Positions 1 through 10,982 of a DNA stretch of 64,000 nucleotides are shown in pieces (position 1 is the first letter of the stretch; the number at the start of each line of letters is the position of its first letter). This stretch comes from Rickettsiales bacterium. Its GTDB lineage: Bacteria > Pseudomonadota > Alphaproteobacteria > Rs-D84. The position numbers and the translations under genes were made by a program. The notes under the pieces were generated by a model, which made no database searches, was not told the DNA's origin, and saw only the letters and a list, made by a program, of their open reading frames with translations. The stretch lies in NCBI GenBank assembly GCA_031266915.1, contig JAISAB010000024.1, positions 23,571 through 87,570 on the forward strand. The letters are read 5' to 3'.

Positions 1-36
1 AAATAGCGGGGCTGTGCTGTTGCGCAGTTCCCGCCC

Positions 37-66
37 GTGTCGCCCCAAAAAGGCGACACTTTTATT
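37..66 (+). terminator. intrinsic terminator-like hairpin at the end of an upstream gene
   Basis: GTGTCGCC / GGCGACAC stem with a CCAAAAA loop, followed by TTTTATTT. Confidence 0.5.
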
Positions 67-119
67 TGATTTCGGATTATTTATTCTATAGAATTCACAA
101 AGTCACAAGGGAAACAGTT

Positions 120-2645
120 ATGTCATACAAAGAAGCGAAAGAATTGGATGCAAAATTCGAGCCGGCCGCAATCGAAAGCCGCTGCGTCGATTATTGGGAA
201 GCAAAAGGCGTCTATAAATTCGATGCGTCGAAATCGCGCGGCAAGACTTTTACAATCGACACGCCGCCGCCGACCGTCAGCGGCAGCCTGCACATCGGAC
301 ACATCATGTCTTATTCCCAGGCGGATATATTGGCGCGCTATCAGCGCATGAAAGGCATGAATATGTTCTTTCCAATCGGATGGGATGATAACGGCTTGCC
401 GACCGAACGGCGCGTGCAGAACTATTTCAACATCAAATGCGACCCGACCGTTCCATATGACGCGGATTTCCGGCCGGAACACAAAGACAAATTCGATGAA
501 CCGCCGAAACCGGCGTCGCGCCAGAACTTTATCGAGGCCTGCCAGATTCTGGTCGAACAAGACGAAAAAGTTTTCGAAGACGTTTTCCGCCGCATGGGAT
601 TTTCGTACGATTGGGGATTGAAATATACGACGATTTCCCAATTGGCAATCAGGGTAGCCCAGGAAGCTTTTGTTAATTTATACAAGACCGGAAATGTCAA
701 ATCCGTCGACAGTCCGACCATGTGGGATACCGGTTTTCAAACCGCCGTGGCCCAGGCGGAAATCGAAGACAGAGAGGTCGCCGGCTTTTTCCACGATATA
801 AAATTCAAGTCGGAAACCGGGGATGATTTCGTAATCGCGACAACGCGTCCGGAATTCCTGCCGGCATGCATTGCAATCGTCGCGCATCCGGATGACGCAC
901 GGTATAAGCACTTGATTGGCAAAAATGCGATTGTTCCGCTGTTCGGACATCAGGTTCCGATTTACGGCGACGAGCATGCCGACCCGGAAAAAGGCACCGG
1001 CGTTATGATGGTCTGCACGTTCGGCGACGCCGAAGACGTGAAATTTTGGAAGACGCGCGGTTTGCCGCTGCGCCAAATAATCGGACGCGACGGCCGGATT
1101 GTTGACTTTGGATTCTTGGGCGGAAATGAAAGCTTTAAAAAGATGATTGGATTGCCGGTCAAGGCCGCGCGCAAAACGGTTGTTGAAATGCTGCGCGAAT
1201 CCGGAGACTTGGTCGGCGAACCGCGTCCGATTACGCATGCCGTAAAATTCTATGAAAAAGGCGATGTGCCGATAGAATTCGTCCCAAGCCGCCAGTGGTT
1301 TGTTTCATTGCTGGATAAAAAAGAAGCACTGAAGAAAAACGGAAATGAAATTCTTTGGACGCCCGAGCATATGGGCAAGCGTCTGGATAACTGGATTGAC
1401 GGTCTGAACCAGGACTGGGCGATTTCGCGCCAGCGCTTCTTCGGTGTTCCGTTTCCCGTTTGGTATGGATTGAACGCCGCCGGCGAACCTGATTTCGATA
1501 ATCCGATTATTGCGGAAACTTTGCCCTGCGACCCGCTGGCGTCGGCGCCGGCCGGTTATGATGAATCGCAGCGCGGCCAGCCGAACGGATTTATCGGCGA
1601 CCCGGACGTTATGGATACTTGGGCGACGTCCAGTCTGACGCCGAAAATTGCGCAAAGTGTCGCGGGTGTCGACTTGGGCACGTTCGATGCGCGGCCGCAG
1701 GCGCACGATATTATCAGAACCTGGGCGTTTTATACAATCGCGCAAAGTTTGATGAACGACAATATTCTGCCTTGGAAACAGGCGTGGATAAGCGGATTCG
1801 TTCTGGACCCGGACAGAAAAAAAATGTCGAAGTCCAAAGGCAATGTGGTTGTTCCTGACGAATTGGTCGCAAAGTATGGTGCGGATGCAATTCGTCTGTG
1901 GGCGGCATCCAGCAAATTGGGCATGGACGGAACGGCGGACGAAAAATTCATGGAACAAAAGCGCAAGCTGGTTATGAAATTCTTCAACGCGTCAAAGTTT
2001 GTGTTCGGTTTCCCAAGCGTGGAACACGCGCCGGTATCGTCGGATTATAATCCGGTCGATTTGGCGTATCTTGCAAAACTGGACATGGTTATAAAATCCG
2101 CCGAAAAGGCATTTTCAGAAAATGATTACACCGGCGCGCTTATCGCGACGGAACAGGCGTTCTGGGATTTCTGTGACAACTATTTGGAGATTGTAAAGGG
2201 TCGCGCTTATGCCGGCGACAAGTCGGCGCTGGGCGCGTTGATGATGGCGCTGGAAACGTTCTGCGCCCTATTTGCGCCGTTTATGCCGTTTATCACCGAA
2301 GAAGTGTCTTTTGCGCATCCGTGGAACAAAGATGGAAAATCAATTCACACCGTATTGTTTCCAAGCATGTGGATGGGATTTATCCCTGATGAATTCGTCG
2401 GCAAAACCGCGGGCTATGAATCATTGCGCGAATTGGTCGCAATCGTTCGCGGCCGCAAATCGACGGAAAACAAGTCTATGAAATTCCCGATTGCGAAACT
2501 GACCATCGCTGATAATGAATTTTTGCGCGCGGCATCCGCGGATATTAAAAACGTTTTGACCGTAACCGAATTAAATTTTGAGGGAAATGATTTGGTTGCC
2601 GAATTAATTTGGGGAGAGGTGGAAAACAAAGGCGAACAATCATGA
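120..2645 (+). CDS. valS: valine--tRNA ligase (class I aminoacyl-tRNA synthetase)
   Basis: ORF 66..2645, with a likely ATG at 120 (MSYKEAKELD). It has a HIGH motif (TPPPTVSGSLHIGH) and a KMSKS motif (KKMSKSKGN). The overall pattern is typical of ValRS. Confidence 0.8.
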   Translation: MSYKEAKELDAKFEPAAIESRCVDYWEAKGVYKFDASKSRGKTFTIDTPPPTVSGSLHIGHIMSYSQADILARYQRMKGMNMFFPIGWDDNGLPTERRVQNYFNIKCDPTVPYDADFRPEHKDKFDEPPKPASRQNFIEACQILVEQDEKVFEDVFRRMGFSYDWGLKYTTISQLAIRVAQEAFVNLYKTGNVKSVDSPTMWDTGFQTAVAQAEIEDREVAGFFHDIKFKSETGDDFVIATTRPEFLPACIAIVAHPDDARYKHLIGKNAIVPLFGHQVPIYGDEHADPEKGTGVMMVCTFGDAEDVKFWKTRGLPLRQIIGRDGRIVDFGFLGGNESFKKMIGLPVKAARKTVVEMLRESGDLVGEPRPITHAVKFYEKGDVPIEFVPSRQWFVSLLDKKEALKKNGNEILWTPEHMGKRLDNWIDGLNQDWAISRQRFFGVPFPVWYGLNAAGEPDFDNPIIAETLPCDPLASAPAGYDESQRGQPNGFIGDPDVMDTWATSSLTPKIAQSVAGVDLGTFDARPQAHDIIRTWAFYTIAQSLMNDNILPWKQAWISGFVLDPDRKKMSKSKGNVVVPDELVAKYGADAIRLWAASSKLGMDGTADEKFMEQKRKLVMKFFNASKFVFGFPSVEHAPVSSDYNPVDLAYLAKLDMVIKSAEKAFSENDYTGALIATEQAFWDFCDNYLEIVKGRAYAGDKSALGALMMALETFCALFAPFMPFITEEVSFAHPWNKDGKSIHTVLFPSMWMGFIPDEFVGKTAGYESLRELVAIVRGRKSTENKSMKFPIAKLTIADNEFLRAASADIKNVLTVTELNFEGNDLVAELIWGEVENKGEQS

Positions 2646-2797
2646 AACGCAAACAAATAAATTTAAACCAGTTGGTTTTGGCCTATGAATTGGGCGACGA
2701 CGCTTTTTACGACATCGCCAGTTTGGTGCATGATTTTTCCTTGGTCATAATTGATAATAACGGTGTTATAAAACCGGTTTCGAATCGCGAGAAATAA
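2642..2797 (+). CDS. small hypothetical protein
   Basis: The ATG overlaps the valS stop (ATGA). The product is 51 aa with no recognisable motif and may be spurious. Confidence 0.3.
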   Translation: MKRKQINLNQLVLAYELGDDAFYDIASLVHDFSLVIIDNNGVIKPVSNREK

Positions 2798-2883
2798 AGA
2801 ACTGTTCGAAATTGCCGCAATGCGCAAGGACGTGTTTATGGCCATGTTGAATTCAGGCAGGAGAATGTAGAGGGAATTAACCG

Positions 2884-3606
2884 ATGAAGCAAAAACTGGT
2901 CGAAAAAAAGACCTTGAAAACATATCAGACCGACAGGTTCGGCAATATTCGTCCATTAATGCTGATGAACGAACTGCAAGCCGTCGCCGACAACCATGCG
3001 GAAATTTTGGGCTGCGGCCGCTCTTACTGCATGGCGCACGGTCTGGCCTGGGTGGTGACGCATTATCTGGTCGATATTATCGAATTGCCGCGCGAGGCCG
3101 AAGAGCTGGTCTTCGCCACCTGGCCGTCCGCCCATGATGTTCTGAAAGCAACCCGCGATTTCGAAGTCCGCGGCGCCGACGGCCGCCTGATGGTCCGCGC
3201 GACCAGCCAATGGATTCTGATTGATATCGAACGGCGCCGGCCGCTGAAGCTGGCCGACCATCTGCCGCATTGGGATGTTATTTCCGACCGTGCCTATGAC
3301 CGCACGTTTGATAAATTCCCGGACTTTGAGCCGCAAAAAACGCGCGTCATGCATTGCCGATACGACGACGTCGACGTCAACCAGCATATCAACAACGCGG
3401 TCTATGCGGTCTGGGCCACCGAAAGCGTCGGATTCGGATTTCGCAACCAGCACAAGCTGCGCGGGATAGAACTGAACTTTAAAAAGGAAATCAGTCCCGA
3501 TATGCCCGAAGTCAGCATTTCCACATCGAATGACGGCGCACTCAGCCATCACAAAATTGTCAGCAACGATGTCGAGAATGCGAACATTGTTTGTCACTGG
3601 GAGTAA
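2884..3606 (+). CDS. acyl-ACP thioesterase-like protein
   Basis: 240 aa. The pattern TYQTDRFGNIRP ... RYDDVDVNQHINNAVY resembles the acyl-ACP thioesterase (double hot-dog) family. This is recognised from memory only. Confidence 0.65.
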   Translation: MKQKLVEKKTLKTYQTDRFGNIRPLMLMNELQAVADNHAEILGCGRSYCMAHGLAWVVTHYLVDIIELPREAEELVFATWPSAHDVLKATRDFEVRGADGRLMVRATSQWILIDIERRRPLKLADHLPHWDVISDRAYDRTFDKFPDFEPQKTRVMHCRYDDVDVNQHINNAVYAVWATESVGFGFRNQHKLRGIELNFKKEISPDMPEVSISTSNDGALSHHKIVSNDVENANIVCHWE

Positions 3607-3627
3607 TAGAAAATCCGACCCGGATTT

Positions 3628-4887
3628 TTATTCTGTGCAAAATCTATTGCCGAAATCCGATATGCAGCTTTTAAATTTATCAATATCGAAACAAGCTGCG
3701 CATGCGGCCAGCATTTGATGCGTCGCGATACCGCATAATTCGGAAGGTTTATTTGGGCATGCAATCTGTGCGGTTGACGTCGGCGTGCAGACCATTTGTC
3801 TGGAAAGCGGTATTGGCGCCATGACATATCCCGGCAGGCATGTGACCGGTGCGGGCTGGGCCGGGGTGTCCGGCGTTTTCGGATTGCTCTGATTTGTCGG
3901 ATTTGCCGGGGTCGTCGTTTCTGGTGTTTTTGGCGCGTTCGGTATATCGTAATTCCCGTCGTTCTGCGTTGCGCTGGGCGCCGTATCCAGAACATTTTTA
4001 ATATACCAATCAAGATACGCCGCCGCGTTCGGGGTAAGGTTGTCGATGTTCGCCACCCGGTTGTCCTGGACCGAGCCGCCGTCTTTCCAACACGCCGGCT
4101 GGGTATTCACATTACCGTTCATAAAGACATGCTTGATACTGGCGCCATTCGGGCACGAGCCGCACGAGTTATCGTCTTTGGATAAAACATTATGAGCCTC
4201 GTTAATGGGTACGCATCTGTCCTTGTGCTTGCAATGCTGGCGATTTACGCACGGCATGCCGAAAATGCTGCCATCTTCGCCGTTGCATTTGCCGCTGCAA
4301 TCCCACATGTTTGTCGCCGCGTTGAGCTTTGGATAGCTGTATTGCGAACACTGCACCATTTTGTCGTTCGCGTCCGGATATTTTCCGCCGCATGTGTTTA
4401 TTTCAATCCATGCGCATTCGCCATTATCGTCGATATACTGATTGGACAGGCATGTGCGGCGCTGAGGTTCGCACTTGGTGCACAAGCCGTCCGCCACGCC
4501 GCAACTGGCGTCTTTGTTCATGCATGTATTATCGCCGACATAGCATTCATTCGAATTGCACGAATTGTCCTTGGGACGGCACGCACGGTCTGTTATGGTT
4601 TCTTCACCGTATTTATTCCGCGTCAGGCGTTTGTAAAAATCATGGCTTGTATTTTCGCATACCAAGCGGCAGCAAGGGTTGCCGTATATGTCCGTGGATT
4701 CGACCCATTTGGTGTTCGGGGTCAGCGCACTGCTGTGTCCGGCGACCATGATAAAGCTTTCGCCCAGGTCTTTGATTGTGCAAAGCTTGATAAACCCAGA
4801 TTTATCACATGCTGCGCCCGTCGCGTTCAGTGGTACAAAAGCCGCGCAACAAATTAAAAAACAAACAAAAAATACTTTTGTTTTCAT
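3628..4887 (-). CDS. secreted cysteine-rich protein with a Pro/Thr-rich linker
   Basis: It has a signal peptide (MKTKVFFVCFLICCAAFVPLNA), dozens of Cys and a PKTPETTTPANPTNQSNPKTPDTPAQP linker. No catalytic motif was recognised. Confidence 0.7.
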   Translation of the reverse strand: MKTKVFFVCFLICCAAFVPLNATGAACDKSGFIKLCTIKDLGESFIMVAGHSSALTPNTKWVESTDIYGNPCCRLVCENTSHDFYKRLTRNKYGEETITDRACRPKDNSCNSNECYVGDNTCMNKDASCGVADGLCTKCEPQRRTCLSNQYIDDNGECAWIEINTCGGKYPDANDKMVQCSQYSYPKLNAATNMWDCSGKCNGEDGSIFGMPCVNRQHCKHKDRCVPINEAHNVLSKDDNSCGSCPNGASIKHVFMNGNVNTQPACWKDGGSVQDNRVANIDNLTPNAAAYLDWYIKNVLDTAPSATQNDGNYDIPNAPKTPETTTPANPTNQSNPKTPDTPAQPAPVTCLPGYVMAPIPLSRQMVCTPTSTAQIACPNKPSELCGIATHQMLAACAACFDIDKFKSCISDFGNRFCTE

Positions 4888-4966
4888 GGTTTTGAATCAT
4901 ATCATAGAACGCATATATCACGTAAAGGGAATGCATTGGATAATACGCAATAGAAAGCTATTTGTT

Positions 4967-4993
4967 AAAAAACCGCCCGGTGGGCGGTTTTTT
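4967..4993. terminator. bidirectional intrinsic terminator
   Basis: A6-CCGCCC-GGTG-GGCGG-T6. It overlaps the rpmH stop codon. Confidence 0.6.
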
Positions 4994-5144
4994 ATCTTAC
5001 GGCGGATACCGAGACGCGGGCGCGCCCGGCGGCCCGGCGGCGGTTTAAAACCTCGCGCCCGCCTTTGGTCGACATCCTCTCGCGGAATCCGTGCTTGTTC
5101 ACGCGGCGCGTTTTCGACGGCTGATAAGTGCGTTTTGTTGCCAT
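4992..5144 (-). CDS. rpmH: 50S ribosomal protein L34
   Basis: This gene is not in the ORF track because it is under 60 aa. My reverse-strand translation gives [50 protein letters not shown], which is the canonical L34 sequence. Confidence 0.9.
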   Translation of the reverse strand: MATKRTYQPSKTRRVNKHGFRERMSTKGGREVLNRRRAAGRARVSVSAVR

Positions 5145-5523
5145 GACTGAATCCTTACTCTTTTAATATTTCTTCCAAAACCCGGCGCCTGACGCAGGGC
5201 GGAATAAATCCGTTTGCCGCCGCATTAAACCACAGGTTGTATGGAAATGCAACCTTTTTCTTATTTGGCCTTGATTAGCCCCAGTTCCTTGCCCAGAAAC
5301 AGCACGCCCTGTTGTATGACTATGGCGGCGAATACAAAGGCAAACATACTCCAGATACTCCAAAACATTTCGATTCTCTGTTTTTGTCGGATGTTACTAA
5401 AAAACAGCCGTTTGTCAACGATAAAAAGCAAGCGAAAATAATTAGTTTTTTGGGATTTTTTACTTGGCTTGGGCGTCAAAAATCTGCTATTCTCACATGG
5501 CAAGAAACGAAGGATTTATTGGT

Positions 5524-8280
5524 ATGTCAGACAAAAACAATTCAAATGAAATTAATGAAATAAAAGTGCCGACCAGTTCGCTGGAACACGAAATGCAGTC
5601 CAGCTTTTTGGACTATGCGATGTCGGTTATCGTCGACCGGGCGCTGCCCGACGTTCGCGACGGGTGCAAGCCCGTGCACCGCCGCATTCTGTACGTTATG
5701 GACGACCTGGCGCCGGCGACGGGCGCGCATAAAAAATCCGCCCGTATCGTGGGCGAGGTCATGGGTAAATACCATCCGCACGGCGACAGTTCCATCTATG
5801 ACGCGATGGCCCGCATGGCCCAAGACTTTTCCATGGGCGAAATGCTGGTCAACGGCCAGGGAAACTTTGGCTCGCGCGATGGGGACAAGCCGGCCGCCAT
5901 GCGTTATACCGAGGCGAAGCTATCCAAACTTGGCGCGTCCCTGATGGACGATATGGAAAAAGAAACCGTCGACTGGATGCCGAACTTTGACGGCAACGAG
6001 AAAGAGCCGACCGTTCTGCCCGCTAAATTTCCGAACTTTCTGGTCAACGGCGGCCAGGGAATCGCAGTCGGCATGGCGACCAATGTTCCGCCGTATAATC
6101 TGGGCGAGGTCTGCAACGGCGTCCTGGCCTTGCTGGACAACCGTGAATTGACCGACGACGAATTGTTCGGAATCATTCCCGCGCCGGACTTTCCGACCGG
6201 CGGCGTCATCATGGGACGCGCCGGCGCGTACAAGGCGCACAATACCGGCCGCGGTTCCGTCATCGTGCGCGCGAAAACCCATACCGAGGATTTCCGCGAC
6301 CACGAGGCCATTGTCATAGACGAAGTGCCGTACCAGGTGAACAAGGCCGGCTTGGTTGCGAAAATCGCCGAACTGGTCAAGGACAAGCGCATTGAAGGCA
6401 TTTCTGAAATCCGCGACGAATCGTCCAAAGAGGGCGTGCGCATCGTCATCGAATTAAAGCGCGACGCGATTGCGGACGTGGTCTTGAACCACTTGTTCCA
6501 ATACACGGAACTGCAGAACAGTTTTCCGGTGAACATGATGGCGCTGAATCGCGGCCGTCCGATGATGTTCAATATTCGCGGCGTCTTGGACGCATTCGTA
6601 GAATTCCGCGTCGAGGTCATTCGCCGCCGCACGATTTTCGATTTGAACAAGGCGCGAAACCGCGCGCATACGTTGCTGGGCCTGTCGGTGGCGGTCGGCA
6701 ATCTGGACGAAATCATCGCGCTGATTAAAGGCAGCGAGAATCCCGAGGCCGCGCGCACCGCCCTGATTTCCCGCGGATGGCGGGCGTCCGACATCGAAGC
6801 CTATATCAAATTGATTGACGACCCGAACACGGAATACAAAGACGGTATGTTCCACATGTCCGAAGATCAGGCCAAGGCGATTCTTGAACTGCAGCTGCAT
6901 CGTCTGACCGGTCTGGAGCGCGAGAAAATTCACCGCGATTTGACCGACCTGGGCGCGGTGATTAAGGATTTGCTGGATATTCTGGGCAGCCACGACCGCA
7001 TCGTTGACATTATCCGCACCGAGACTGCCAGCGTTCGCGACAACTGGTCCCAGCCCAGACGCACCGAGATTTCCGACGCGGAAATCGACATCGACATCGA
7101 AGACTTGATTGCGCGCGAAGATATGGTCGTGACCGTGTCGAACACCGGATATATCAAACGCGTGTCCCTGGATACCTATCGCGCGCAGAAACGCGGTGGC
7201 AAGGGCCGCAACGCGATGACGACCAAGGATGACGACTATGTCGTCCAGGTGTTCGTCGCGAACACGCACACGCCGCTGTTGTTCTTCAGCTCCAAGGGCC
7301 TGTGCTATAAGATTAAAACGTATAAATTGCCCGAGGCCGCCGCCGCCGCCAAGGGACGCCCGCTGGTGAACCTGTTGCCACTGTCCACGGGCGAGGTTAT
7401 TACCGCGATTCTGCCCGAACCGGAAAACAAGGAACAATTCCTGATGTTCGCGACGGCGTCCGGCACCGTGCGCCGCAACAAAATGTCCGATTTCGAAAGC
7501 ATACGCGCCAACGGCAAAATTGCAATGAAATTGGACGATGGCGATAGCTTGGTGTTCGTGCAGCCATGCCAAGACAATCAGGATGTCTTCCTGACCACGT
7601 ACCACGGCCGCTGCGTCAGATTCCCTGTGCCTGAAATCCGCGTCTTTGCCGGCCGCAATTCAACCGGCGTGCTCGGTATCAGACTGGATAAGAACGACCG
7701 CGTTATCACTATGTGCATGCTGGGGCACGACGGTTCAGATTCCGCGACGCGCAGCGCCTATATCAAGCAAAGCCGCGCGCTGCGCCGCGCTGCCACCGGC
7801 ATCGAAGAAGACGCCGGCGAGCTGGAAGAAGAAACCACATTGGTTCTGGACAAGGCCAAATTCAACGAAATGGCCGCGCGCGAAGAATTCATCCTGACCA
7901 TTTCGGAAAACGGATTCGGTAAACGCACCAGCTCTTACGAATACCGCCTGACTCACCGCGGCGGCAACGGGTTTGCGAATATCAAGCTGGGTGGCAAGAA
8001 TACGGCCGTCGCGGGCTCGTTCCCGGTCGCCAGTGACAACGACATCATCATGGTGACCGATGGCGGCAAAATCATCCGCACATCCGCAGCTGCCATCCGT
8101 ATCGCGGGCCGCGCGACGTCTGGCGTGACGCTGTTCAGAACCAGCGAGGCTGAAAAGGTCGTCTCGTGCATTCCAATTGCCCGGGAAGAAGAATCCGAGG
8201 ATGACGCCGTCGAAGATTTACCAACCTCGACATCCGAACATCAAAGCGACGCGGAATCGGAACCGGCCGCCGAAGAGTAG
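5524..8280 (+). CDS. gyrA: DNA gyrase subunit A
   Basis: ORF 5464..8280, with a probable ATG at 5524. It shows the catalytic Tyr context [10 protein letters not shown], a conserved N-terminal breakage-reunion domain, C-terminal repeats and an acidic tail. Confidence 0.95.
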   Translation: MSDKNNSNEINEIKVPTSSLEHEMQSSFLDYAMSVIVDRALPDVRDGCKPVHRRILYVMDDLAPATGAHKKSARIVGEVMGKYHPHGDSSIYDAMARMAQDFSMGEMLVNGQGNFGSRDGDKPAAMRYTEAKLSKLGASLMDDMEKETVDWMPNFDGNEKEPTVLPAKFPNFLVNGGQGIAVGMATNVPPYNLGEVCNGVLALLDNRELTDDELFGIIPAPDFPTGGVIMGRAGAYKAHNTGRGSVIVRAKTHTEDFRDHEAIVIDEVPYQVNKAGLVAKIAELVKDKRIEGISEIRDESSKEGVRIVIELKRDAIADVVLNHLFQYTELQNSFPVNMMALNRGRPMMFNIRGVLDAFVEFRVEVIRRRTIFDLNKARNRAHTLLGLSVAVGNLDEIIALIKGSENPEAARTALISRGWRASDIEAYIKLIDDPNTEYKDGMFHMSEDQAKAILELQLHRLTGLEREKIHRDLTDLGAVIKDLLDILGSHDRIVDIIRTETASVRDNWSQPRRTEISDAEIDIDIEDLIAREDMVVTVSNTGYIKRVSLDTYRAQKRGGKGRNAMTTKDDDYVVQVFVANTHTPLLFFSSKGLCYKIKTYKLPEAAAAAKGRPLVNLLPLSTGEVITAILPEPENKEQFLMFATASGTVRRNKMSDFESIRANGKIAMKLDDGDSLVFVQPCQDNQDVFLTTYHGRCVRFPVPEIRVFAGRNSTGVLGIRLDKNDRVITMCMLGHDGSDSATRSAYIKQSRALRRAATGIEEDAGELEEETTLVLDKAKFNEMAAREEFILTISENGFGKRTSSYEYRLTHRGGNGFANIKLGGKNTAVAGSFPVASDNDIIMVTDGGKIIRTSAAAIRIAGRATSGVTLFRTSEAEKVVSCIPIAREEESEDDAVEDLPTSTSEHQSDAESEPAAEE

Positions 8281-8301
8281 AATATAATAAGGAATTGCGC
8301 A

Positions 8302-8838
8302 TTGTCTGAACTGGTCGATGTTTTGGATGAAAACGGAAACAAAACCGGGCGGGTTGCGACCCGCCGCGAATGTCGCGCCAATTCATACTGGCATCGCTTG
8401 GCGGTTGTTTTTGTTGTAAACGATGACGGCGAAATTCTGTTGCAGAAACGTTCGCCGAACAAGGCCGCGTTTCCGGGCTGCTGGGACAAATCGGTTGGCG
8501 GCGGGCTGCTGGCAGGCGAAATGCCCGCCCAGGCGGCTGTGCGCGAAACCGGCGAAGAAATCGGACTGGCAATATCTGAAAAAGATTTGATTCATATCGG
8601 TACCGTACGGGACATATGCCACGAACCCGAAGGCGTGATAAATATGTTCTTTGACCTGTTTGTTTTGCGCAGCAATCGCAAGGCCTCGGAAATTGCGTTT
8701 TCATCGGAAGAGATTACAGACCTGAAGTTTGTTTCGATTGAATGGCTGAAAAAACATGCGCGCGACGGCAATCCGGAAAACGCGATACTGTGGGACGCCA
8801 TGTGGCGGAAACTGGAATATTGGCTGGGGAAAAATTAA
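8302..8838 (+). CDS. NUDIX hydrolase
   Basis: It carries a Nudix box, GGGLLAGEMPAQAAVRETGEEIGL (GX5EX7REUXEEXGU). The start codon is TTG. Confidence 0.8.
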   Translation: MSELVDVLDENGNKTGRVATRRECRANSYWHRLAVVFVVNDDGEILLQKRSPNKAAFPGCWDKSVGGGLLAGEMPAQAAVRETGEEIGLAISEKDLIHIGTVRDICHEPEGVINMFFDLFVLRSNRKASEIAFSSEEITDLKFVSIEWLKKHARDGNPENAILWDAMWRKLEYWLGKN

Positions 8839-8840
8839 AA

Positions 8841-9245
8841 ATGAACGACGAATATTTTTTATCCATCAACGATGTGTCCAAGCGGCTGGATGTGCCTGCG
8901 CATACGCTGCGTTATTGGGAAAAGCAGTTTCCAGCCGCAATCAAGCCGACCACCGGCGCGGGCGGGCGGCGCTATTACCGCACGGAAACGGTCGGGGCAT
9001 TGGAATCGATAAAGAACCTGCTGTATAATCGCGGCATGACAATCGCCGGCGTCAAAAAATTGCTCAAAGATGGCAATCTGCCCGCGACCGGCGAATTCAG
9101 GGCGGCTTTGGATAAAACATCCCGTGTCTTGCCAACTGCCCGAAAAGCGCCGGTGGCCGGCGATTCGACACTGTTTTCGCGCCGGTCGGATATTGACCGG
9201 GCGATTAATTTGTTAGAACGCGCGGCCGCCGCGCTGAAAAATTAA
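8841..9245 (+). CDS. MerR-family transcriptional regulator
   Basis: The ATG at 8841 lies inside ORF 8742..9245. The N-terminal HTH is LSINDVSKRLDVPAHTLRYWEKQF. Confidence 0.8.
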   Translation: MNDEYFLSINDVSKRLDVPAHTLRYWEKQFPAAIKPTTGAGGRRYYRTETVGALESIKNLLYNRGMTIAGVKKLLKDGNLPATGEFRAALDKTSRVLPTARKAPVAGDSTLFSRRSDIDRAINLLERAAAALKN

Positions 9246-9343
9246 TTTATATGGACGCCTGCTTGCGGTTGGCTCGCTCATGTACTTGTGTGTACACTAC
9301 GCTCGCCAATCGCGGCGCATTCGTCTCATAGAAATTAATTTTT
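9237..9343. repeat. palindromic element of about 100 nt with a CTCATGTAC..GTACACTAC core (copy 1)
   Basis: The outer arms are AAAAATTAATTTATATGG / CTCATAGAAATTAATTTTT and the core is CTCATGTACTTGTGTGTACACTACG. It overlaps the merR-family stop codon. Confidence 0.7.
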
Positions 9344-9515
9344 AGATTCTGCGGGCGTCTGTCGCGAATTCGTAAACCGGAAACACTAGCGTATAGCATC
9401 ACGCTTGGGTTGTTGTTCGCTATACGTCATTGACTTTGGTGTTTGGGTTGGGTGACCTTGTCCCAAGGTCACCTTTTCTAACAGGCAACCTTGGGGACAA
9501 GGTTGCCCCACCTAT

Positions 9516-9650
9516 TTACTTCGCCCAGATGCCGTATGCGCGCATCATCTGATTGTGCTGTTTGGTAATTTGTTCGGACATGGTCGGTCCGCTGTCTGCA
9601 CATGCGGCCAACGCAAAAGGCAATATTAATAAAAGAACAAATTTCTTCAT
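9516..9650 (-). CDS. small putative lipoprotein (44 aa)
   Basis: This gene is not in the ORF track. The reverse-strand ORF reads MKKFVLLLILPFALAACADSGPTMSEQITKQHNQMMRAYGIWAK, with the lipobox LAAC. Two hairpins follow it at about 9451-9508. Confidence 0.45.
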   Translation of the reverse strand: MKKFVLLLILPFALAACADSGPTMSEQITKQHNQMMRAYGIWAK

Positions 9651-9707
9651 AATTTATGACTTTTGAATTTGCCAATATCAAATAAATCCCAAGGATTCAT
9701 TTGATAT

Positions 9708-9782
9708 TGGCAGTCCCAACGGGAATCGAACCCGTGTTACCAGAATGAGAATCTGGTGTCCTAACCGCTAGACGATGGGACC
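9708..9782 (-). tRNA. tRNA-Glu (anticodon CUC)
   Basis: The reverse complement, GGTCCCATCGTCTAGCGGTTAGGACACCAGATTCTCATTCTGGTAACACGGGTTCGATTCCCGTTGGGACTGCCA, folds as a cloverleaf. The anticodon loop is TTCTCAT and the CCA end is encoded. Confidence 0.85.
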
Positions 9783-10145
9783 AAAACTTTGAAACAAGCG
9801 TTTCGCTTGCTTCACAGAGCGCAGGGATTCTAATCGAAAAAATTATAGAATTCAAGAAAAACCGGATAACAAAAGTCAGAAATAGCAAATGAGTGACGGG
9901 CGCGCTTGCGCCAAATCCTAAATCAGCGATCTCTATGTTGCGGAACTCAAATATGCGCCCCTACGATAGTTAATTATGCACTAATGTTTTTCGGAATCAA
10001 CCCCACCCAAGAGTTGCCAGGCTCGTTGCACTCGCGGGCCAACTCTATCCCGCCCCATGCATGGGGCAGGCAAGACAAAAGGTAAAAGTCAGAAGGCAGA
10101 AGGAAATTTAAGATATAAGATTTATGATTTAAGATTGAATCCGAT

Positions 10146-10252
10146 GGATTGCCGCGCCCTACGGGCTCGCAATGACAATGTAGAGTTGAAGTTTCAAGTC
10201 TTGAAAACCAAATCCCGTGTCATTGCGAGGGGCGTTAGCCCCGCGGCAATCC
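10146..10252. repeat. MITE-like palindromic element (GGATTGCCGCG...CTCGCAATGAC / GTCATTGCGAG...CGCGGCAATCC)
   Basis: The inverted arms lie at 10146-10176 and 10222-10252, and each arm is itself a hairpin. Confidence 0.6.
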
Positions 10253-10358
10253 AGTAAATCCTCCCTGTCGCGCATCCGCGCACCACCCTTGGACCTGAGG
10301 AGAATAAAAATGGCGTAAGTATGCGCCCCTACGAACCACTCGCACTAACCACTATTGT

Positions 10359-10982
10359 TCAATCGTTTTGCCTTTTCATTCGGGTAATCATGGCATACTC
10401 ATTCATATCATCAAAACGCTCTTTCGTCCAAGCTCTTTGTTTTTTTAATTCATCTTTTTTGGCGGGGTCGGTATAAACCACGCCGGACTTTTTCGTTATC
10501 ATTTCTTGAAGTTTTGCCTTGCCTGACATATACTTCTGGCGATCATAAATTTCCAAATATTTTGCGCGAATTTTTCTAAATTTTATTTGCGCATCCAGTC
10601 CCTCGGAATAATCATACAGACGGTTGTTTGTCAGGAAACTGGCAAGTTTTCCGGAAACCGCCTCAATACTGTCCGTAACGTCCGGCGATTGTTTCTGTTT
10701 TTGCAAATCCGCCAGCAATGCGTCGCCTTCTTTGCGGAGTTCTTCGAAACTTTTGGCTGCTTGCGCATAAATCGCTATTCTTTCATCAGGCGTATAGTCC
10801 ACATTCACGGTCTTGCCATCGGAAAGATAAGAATGCTTTGGGGAATTCATTGTTCTTATTAATTTCGATACATTATTTTGAATTTCATCAGCCTTCTTAT
10901 ACCAAATATAAACTTTATCGTTATCATCATAAGTCATGTTTATCTCTGTTTGCGTTACAGGCATCATTATATAAGATTTATC
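10359..10982 (-). CDS. hypothetical Lys/Glu-rich protein
   Basis: ORF 10359..11111, with a plausible start at MDKSYIMMP (10982). It is AT-rich and has no recognisable motif. Confidence 0.45.
   Translation of the reverse strand, partial: DKSYIMMPVTQTEINMTYDDNDKVYIWYKKADEIQNNVSKLIRTMNSPKHSYLSDGKTVNVDYTPDERIAIYAQAAKSFEELRKEGDALLADLQKQKQSPDVTDSIEAVSGKLASFLTNNRLYDYSEGLDAQIKFRKIRAKYLEIYDRQKYMSGKAKLQEMITKKSGVVYTDPAKKDELKKQRAWTKERFDDMNEYAMITRMKRQND

Noticed and set aside
5150-5523. The rpmH-gyrA divergent intergenic region as a replication origin
   Set aside because: No DnaA-box-like TTATCCACA motifs or iterons were seen. The 80-aa ORF 5261..5503 is not convincing, and only its last 35 or so residues look membrane-like.
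5904-7605. Long antisense ORFs inside gyrA (5904..6794 and 6454..7605, minus strand), and similar ones inside the RND pump (27712..28467, 28202..29071), nrdD, yidC (51976..52929) and the kefB-like gene (48698..49600, 48797..49564)
   Set aside because: They lie fully within genes whose sense-strand products have unmistakable family motifs. Their translations are Arg/Ala/Gly-rich low-complexity sequence typical of GC-rich shadow frames.
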